Below, in pieces: positions 58,046 through 64,000 of a DNA stretch of 64,000 bases. The notes under the pieces were generated by a model. It ran no database searches. It was not told the DNA's origin and saw only the letters and a list, made by a program, of their open reading frames with translations. The stretch covers positions 1,674,001 through 1,738,000 of the forward strand of contig NEEC01000015.1 of NCBI GenBank assembly GCA_002189035.1, written 5' to 3'. How positions within the stretch are numbered: position 1 is the stretch's first letter; each line of letters opens with the position of its first letter. The position numbers and the translations under genes are program-made. Source of the stretch: Utricularia gibba (lineage: Eukaryota; Plantae; Magnoliophyta).

Positions 58046-61000
58046 CTAATTCCATCTCTTTGCATTCTTTATCCCTTTAGACTTCTGTTTAGCAGCTTGA
58101 AACGCCTGCATCTTCTGTTTCTTCCGGGCTTCTTTCTCAGCCTGGAAAGTAAACAGGTCGCCAAGTCCCCGGAGATGAGCACTCTGTGGGCCAAACATCC
58201 AAGGACGAAGCAAACACCAAAATGCATTTACTTACCTTGGACATCTTGGATTTTGCTTTGGCTTTTGGAGACTTCTCCTCGAGCTCAGCCTCCCTTTCAA
58301 GCTCCCTCTCTCTTGCATCAAGGTTCTTTTCCAGATAATACTGATGAAAAATCAAAGAATCAGATAGCTCCATGGTGATTCAGTTTCAAGGAAGGGGCTA
58401 GAGAAGGGAGCTGACTTACTTCATAATCTCCTGTGTAGTCCTGAAGTATTCCGTTGCTTACTTCCAGGACTCGGTTCACGATTTGCTTTATGAAGTATCT
58501 GTCATGGGAGACTGTAATGACAGTGCCTTCATATTCATTTATTGCCTCCTGAAAAGGGCCAACAGCATACATGAAGCACAAAAGTGCCATGAGACAGCAT
58601 AAAAGGGAGCTTGAGCAGCGAACCTCGAGCATCTCTTTTGTTGGGATGTCCAGATGATTGGTTGGCTCATCCAATACAAGCACTGTTGAAGGTTTAACCA
58701 TGAACTTGCAAAATGCAAGGCGGGCCTGTGAAAGGGAAGACCAACATTAGCAGTCTTCAGAAACAGAACACTTCAGAAACTAACGTGCATTAGCAATTTG
58801 AAGCATTTGAATTCTCTGTTTCTGAATTTCGATGGATCCCATTTTGGTAGCACCAGACATGGCACTGAATCTATTACCTTCTCACCACCACTTAAGAATG
58901 AAACCTTCCTGTCAAGCATATCAGCCTTGAAGTTGTAACGGCCAAGGAGCCCTTTTATGTCATCAAGCCTCCAGTCTTCAGCAACCTCAGCCACAGTTTC
59001 TAGCACCGTCTTCTCCAGATCAAGTGCCTCAGCCTGAACAAACACGAGAAACACGACTTTTCACAAACAGCAAAAACACCTGCTGTAAGGAAAATCATAG
59101 TAATAGTGAGGACGAACCTGATTCTGCTCAAAATAATTTGGTAATACGTTATGTTCACCAAGCAAGACTTCTCCTTTGTCGGGCTTCACCATGCCCATTA
59201 TCAGTTTAAGCAAAGTACTCTTTCCACATCCATTGGGACCAAGAATCGCTAATTTCTCGCCTCTTTCGATCGTCAGATTCACATTTCTGAAAAGGTCCTG
59301 CTCAGAAAGATGAAGGGAAGTTCCAAAATGAGAAACAAAATTGGAATCACTATCATTCATTCTGATTGATACAGCCCTGAAAGAAAAGTGGACACACTGG
59401 ACTCAACCCCAACTAAAGTTGTTAAAGCATTACTATGCAGTAAATAGTACCATAGAAACGAAATGCATTTTGACTTCATCTTTACATTTTTTCAAGGTAC
59501 CATGATAGCTATCAACAGTAATGAAAGTCACTGCAGGCAAAACAATGTATCTGCTTATGAATACCTTATCCTCAAAGCTGAAGCTAAGATTTCTAATTGC
59601 CACAACAGATCTGCCACTTCTTCCTCGTTCTGGGAACCGAATCTTCATTTGCTTCCGAATGAATGGTTTCTCAACTTGTTCATCATCCTGGAGCTTTTCA
59701 AGCTTCTGAAATCAGATACAAGAGTTGTGAGGAACCGTGCATCGAAAGATAACTCTTTTTCTTTGGGATAATTATTTGAAACAACGAATCAAGCTAGATG
59801 AGTGTGAACCTTTTCAGCTGTAGAGGCGCGACCAGAATTTGCTCCTGCACTTAACCTGGTTATGAGATCTCTGGTATGCCCAATCTCCTTCTGTTGCTTC
59901 TCCCATGCTGCTAATTGAGATTCGATCCATGTCGCCTTTGAGATTACATATTCTGAATAATTCCCTTCATATGTTCGTGATACACCCATATCAGTCTCCA
60001 CTATTTTAGTACACAGTTGATCAAGAAAAGCCCTGTCATGGGATATGATGACCATAGGCACGTCTTGTTTCTTCAGATAACCCTCCAGCCATTCGATGGT
60101 GTCGAGATCAAGGTGATTGGTAGGTTCATCCAGGAGCAACAAATCAGGATCCTGGAAAGAAGCTCAAGTTTGAACACTGAAACCATCTGATATTTGGCAT
60201 CAACATTAGACAAAGCTAAATATTAATTGCCAGCAGCGCGCATACCTGCAACAGGATTTTTCCAAGAGACATCCTCATCTGCCAGCCTCCACTGAATGAG
60301 GCGACAAGTCTATCAGTGTCCTCGGAAGCAAAACCAAGTTCAGGGATCAACTTATTGATCTTGACATCGACTTCATCTAAATCAACTGCTTGAGCCCTCC
60401 TTAGCAAGAGATCATACTCGTCCAAAAGCCTACCCATCAGCTCTAGATCTTCCATTGGTTTCTCTATTGCCTTCTGCACCTTATCCAGTCTCTCTTTAAC
60501 TTCCATTTCCTCCTTGAAGGCACTAAGAAACTCTTCTTTCACAGTCCGAGTAGACAAAACTTCAAATTCCTGCGTCAAGAACGAAATTTTCATATTGGTT
60601 TTCGCCTTAATCACATTCCCCGAATCAGGTTCTTCTAAACCAGCTATAATCCTCATTTGGGTTGTTTTCCCTGCTCCGTTAACGCCGACCAACCCCACCT
60701 TTTCTCCTTTTTTAACTTCCCAACTGACGTTTTTCAATACTGTGACACCCTTATAGCTTTTGCTCACATTCTCTAATCTTACACCTGAAGAAATGCTCGA
60801 CGCACCAGTTGAATTCTTGTTTCCACGCCTGTAATTAATTTCCGTGTCCCTGAAGTCGTTTCCGGACAGCAGAGATTCTATATCCTCCTCCTCTTGTTGA
60901 AGTGTGACCGTAGATGTAGATGCTTCGGCAGAAACTGCCGATAGCTTATCAAATTCTCGATGCGGGTACTTGGCGAGATGATTATGGATTGCCATTGCCT

Positions 61001-61154
61001 TGACGGAGGAGGACGTCTGCACACCCAGACCCTGCAATAACAACGGCCGGTATAGGGGCCGGAGCACTCCAGGAAACGAAGAGGGCAGCGCCGCGCTTCC
61101 GGCAAGAAAAGCGGACCGTAGCTCCAACAAGTTCATCTTCGACGACAGGTCCAT
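58046..61154 (-). CDS. ABCF5: ABC transporter F family member 5-like (soluble, plastid-targeted), multi-exon
   Basis: [31 protein letters not shown], second ABC domain [26 protein letters not shown]. Ends KNAKRWN. Confidence 0.95.
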
Positions 61155-62665
61155 GGTTTCCCTGCCCCTTTTTCACACTCGAGGAATTTATCGCCAAGCG
61201 CAAGGAGTAAAGAAAAATGATGCACTGGAGATCGAGAAAAAACGAGAAGAGAGTTTCAGCAAGAGAACTCTCCCTCTCGCTTTTTCTCTAGCCACTCGTT
61301 CAAGAACGACCTAATGGAAGCAGACGGTGGACAAACCAGTCATTTCACATTAAGGAACCCAAATACTTTGTAATTTTAGGATTTTTTCCCTTTTTTTATC
61401 CAACGTAAACATAAAATTTGAACCCTACCAACAGTTTTTTTAATTTTTTTATTGTTAAAAATGCCCTAAATAATACGTAAAAAAGGGGGAAATTTTTAAA
61501 ATAAATATATGCCCAAATCAGTAAATAATACCTAATTTCCAAAGCAAGCAAAGCAGCATGAATTTTCTTTTATCTACCCTCGATATTTTATCAGATAAGA
61601 TCACAGGAGTGGTGCCCAGCACCTCAAACTGCGTGGCGGTGCTCGCCTCCGCAAATCGCCTCCTCCAATTAGCGCTTGCCACGTACACTACGCATTTTTG
61701 AAGAATCCATGCCACCAAAGTCCTGTATGGTAGTCCAATTGCACCTAAAATGTTTGATTTCGTATTTTTTTTTGTGAAATAAAGTATTTAATTTCATTTT
61801 CCAGATCAAATTCGAGATGTGAAATTCTAACAAGATTTGCGTTTTTAATCATTTAAAATGTAAAATTCATAATGGTTTTATTTATATTTTATGAAATATA
61901 AAAAATAAATATAAGCAAGTCAATAGTCAAACAAAAAATGATTCACGACTCATTAAACCGCCTAAATTTGTGAATGTGATAAACCGATGATTCTAATCAC
62001 AAAAAAACCACCCGTTTTATTTGACTACAAAAATAAAAAAGAAAATTAATGCGTCACTTCATCATTTCTATTTTTAGTTTTCAAATGGTTTATAATTAAA
62101 ATTAATTAAAACAAAGTGGAAATTTTAACTAACTAAAACATAATGGGGTTTCAAATTCCAGCCGTTTATAATTAAGGGAGTGATTACGTGTGTTTAAAAA
62201 TAAAATTATAAAGTATGAATATTTAATTGGTAGATTTAACTAAACTTGAAATTATACGGGTATTTTAATCTTATGTATATGATTTTATTTAAAAATATGC
62301 ACTTTCTTCATTTACTTAAAACTACATAATCTTATTTTTAATCTTAATAAATAAATATTACCTAAAAAATTATTTAATTTACATAATATTTAATTAAATA
62401 TATTTTATAATATTTCCATCAATCAAATACTACCTTATAATCCAGGCTAAGTTTAGGTTTAAATTCCAACCAAACTCATGATTTTAAATTCAACCCAATG
62501 GGCTAAGGTACAAGAATATGGGCTTCTTTTTTTGGTTTAATCTTTGATTAAAGTTTTATGGAAATTATAATCAAGTACCCGACCCGTTGGTATCGGGTGT
62601 GGGGGTTTAAGTTAGCCGTTCCCAAATCCCGGATATCCAATTGCTTCTGCCGTCTGAGCACGGGC

Positions 62666-63846
62666 ATGGCGAAAACAAAATCGAAGCGGCAGAAGGTTGT
62701 GGAGAGGCACGACGCCTCCGATTCGACTTCTAAAACTCATGAGAAGCTTAAGAAGAAGAAGAAGAAGAAGACGCAAACAAAACCTGAAGACTCGGATTCG
62801 AATGGCGAAACCATTGAGTCCCTACTGGAGCCCTTTTCTAAGGAACAGCTTATCTCGCTCGTCGTCGATCTTTCCCTGAGTCACGATTGTCTTTTCAGCC
62901 TCGTTAAATCTACTGCTGACAAAGACGTCTCTCACCGCAAGATTTTCGTCCACGGCATCGGCTGGGATGCCACCCGTCAGGACGTGGAGTCCGCATTCGG
63001 GGCCTATGGTGAGATTGAGGCTCTCAACGTGGTAATGGATCGTAACACTGGTAAGTGTAAAGGGTACGCTTTTATTATCTTCAAGGATAGAGCATCTGCG
63101 AAGCAGCTGCTGAAGAGCCCTCGGGTTCAAGTTGGGAATCGTGTAACCTCGTGCCAACTTGCGTCTGAGGGGCCCGTTGCCCCGGGTACGGGGGCTGCAG
63201 GTGTAGTCTCACAGCAGGTTTTCTCTTCCGATTTTCCTCAGCGGAAGATTTACGTGAGCAATGTACCGGCGGACGCTAATGTGGATAGGTTAAAAGCTTT
63301 TTTTGGGATGTTTGGAGAAATTGAAAGTGGACCTAAGGGGTTCGATCCTGTCACAGGGAAGTTCAAAGGTTATGCGATTTTCGTGTTTAAGACGGTTGAA
63401 GGGGCGAAGAAGGTATTGGAGCAGCCATTTAAATTGTTCGATGGGAATCAATTGCATTGCCAGAAGGCAGCCGAAACCAATGCCAAAGCAGGCAGTGGGA
63501 CTGCATCCATAACAACTGTAATGCAGCCAATACAGCCTCAAATGCTGGCTGCGGTTGCCGCAGCTCAGCAGGCACAGAACATTGCTCTCTTGGGTCAGCA
63601 AACAGGCCTTATTAATCCCTTGTATGTTCCGAATGGAAACCTAGGCGCATTGATGGGAGGATATTATGGTATGGTTGCCGAACAGGTTAAAGGATTGAGA
63701 GCATATGGTGCCTCCTCGTCTGGTGAAGCTGGATCAAGTGCATCAATGCGCCAGGGAATCCAGTTTATGTATCCGGGTGGTTCGACTCCAACAACATTAT
63801 CTAAGGGGACTGGCCCCGTTGGGAGTCATTATCCTTCAACATTATG
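62666..63846 (+). CDS. UBA2C: UBP1-associated protein 2C-like (two RRM domains); last exon probably beyond the window
   Basis: RKIFVHGIGWD, KCKGYAFIIF, RKIYVSNVP, KFKGYAIFVFK. Possible GT donor at 63847, otherwise the frame runs to a stop at 63961. Confidence 0.88.
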
Positions 63847-64000
63847 GTATGGAAAATGCGCCTTTCTTCATTCCGTGAACAAAATGGTGCTTACATTGTT
63901 GTTTTTAAGTTCCAAGTTGACAATTTTTTGCCTACTCGGTCATTCTTACATCTCATTTTAAGATTTTTCTCACGATCAGAAATGAGAAGTGTATATTTCT

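Overview
Eukaryotic plant nuclear DNA (eudicot; asterid/Lamiales-like by protein similarity, which is my inference). It is very gene-dense: 22 intron-containing or single-exon protein genes in 64 kb, with many 60-110 nt introns. Order: PHL (3' part), PDS, MAP2, KUP3-like K+ transporter (exon 2 scrambled), NCP/MRL7-like, acyl-CoA thioesterase, eroded class I formin. Then an AT-rich 25-40 kb island: GDSL protein lacking the catalytic Ser, PR-1a, dirigent, Copia remnant, PR-1b in inverted orientation, a 75-aa microprotein, a PIF/Harbinger relic carrying a captured PPR fragment, and plastid HSP21. Then IQD, RCF3, an ARM/Cdc14-like gene, PLR1, UBQ-RPL40, DMS3, NUWA-like PPR, ABCF5 and UBA2c. Eight apparent frameshifts in seven genes are all single-base shortfalls in G/C homopolymers. 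One is in an essential PPR gene, so they are most likely assembly errors. No tRNA, rRNA, CRISPR or prokaryotic system was seen. The best leads are the KUP3 scar, the GDSL pseudoenzyme and surrounding secreted-defence island, the diverging PR-1 pair, the eroded formin and the PPR-capturing Harbinger. All gene identities come from remembered family motifs; no database search was run.
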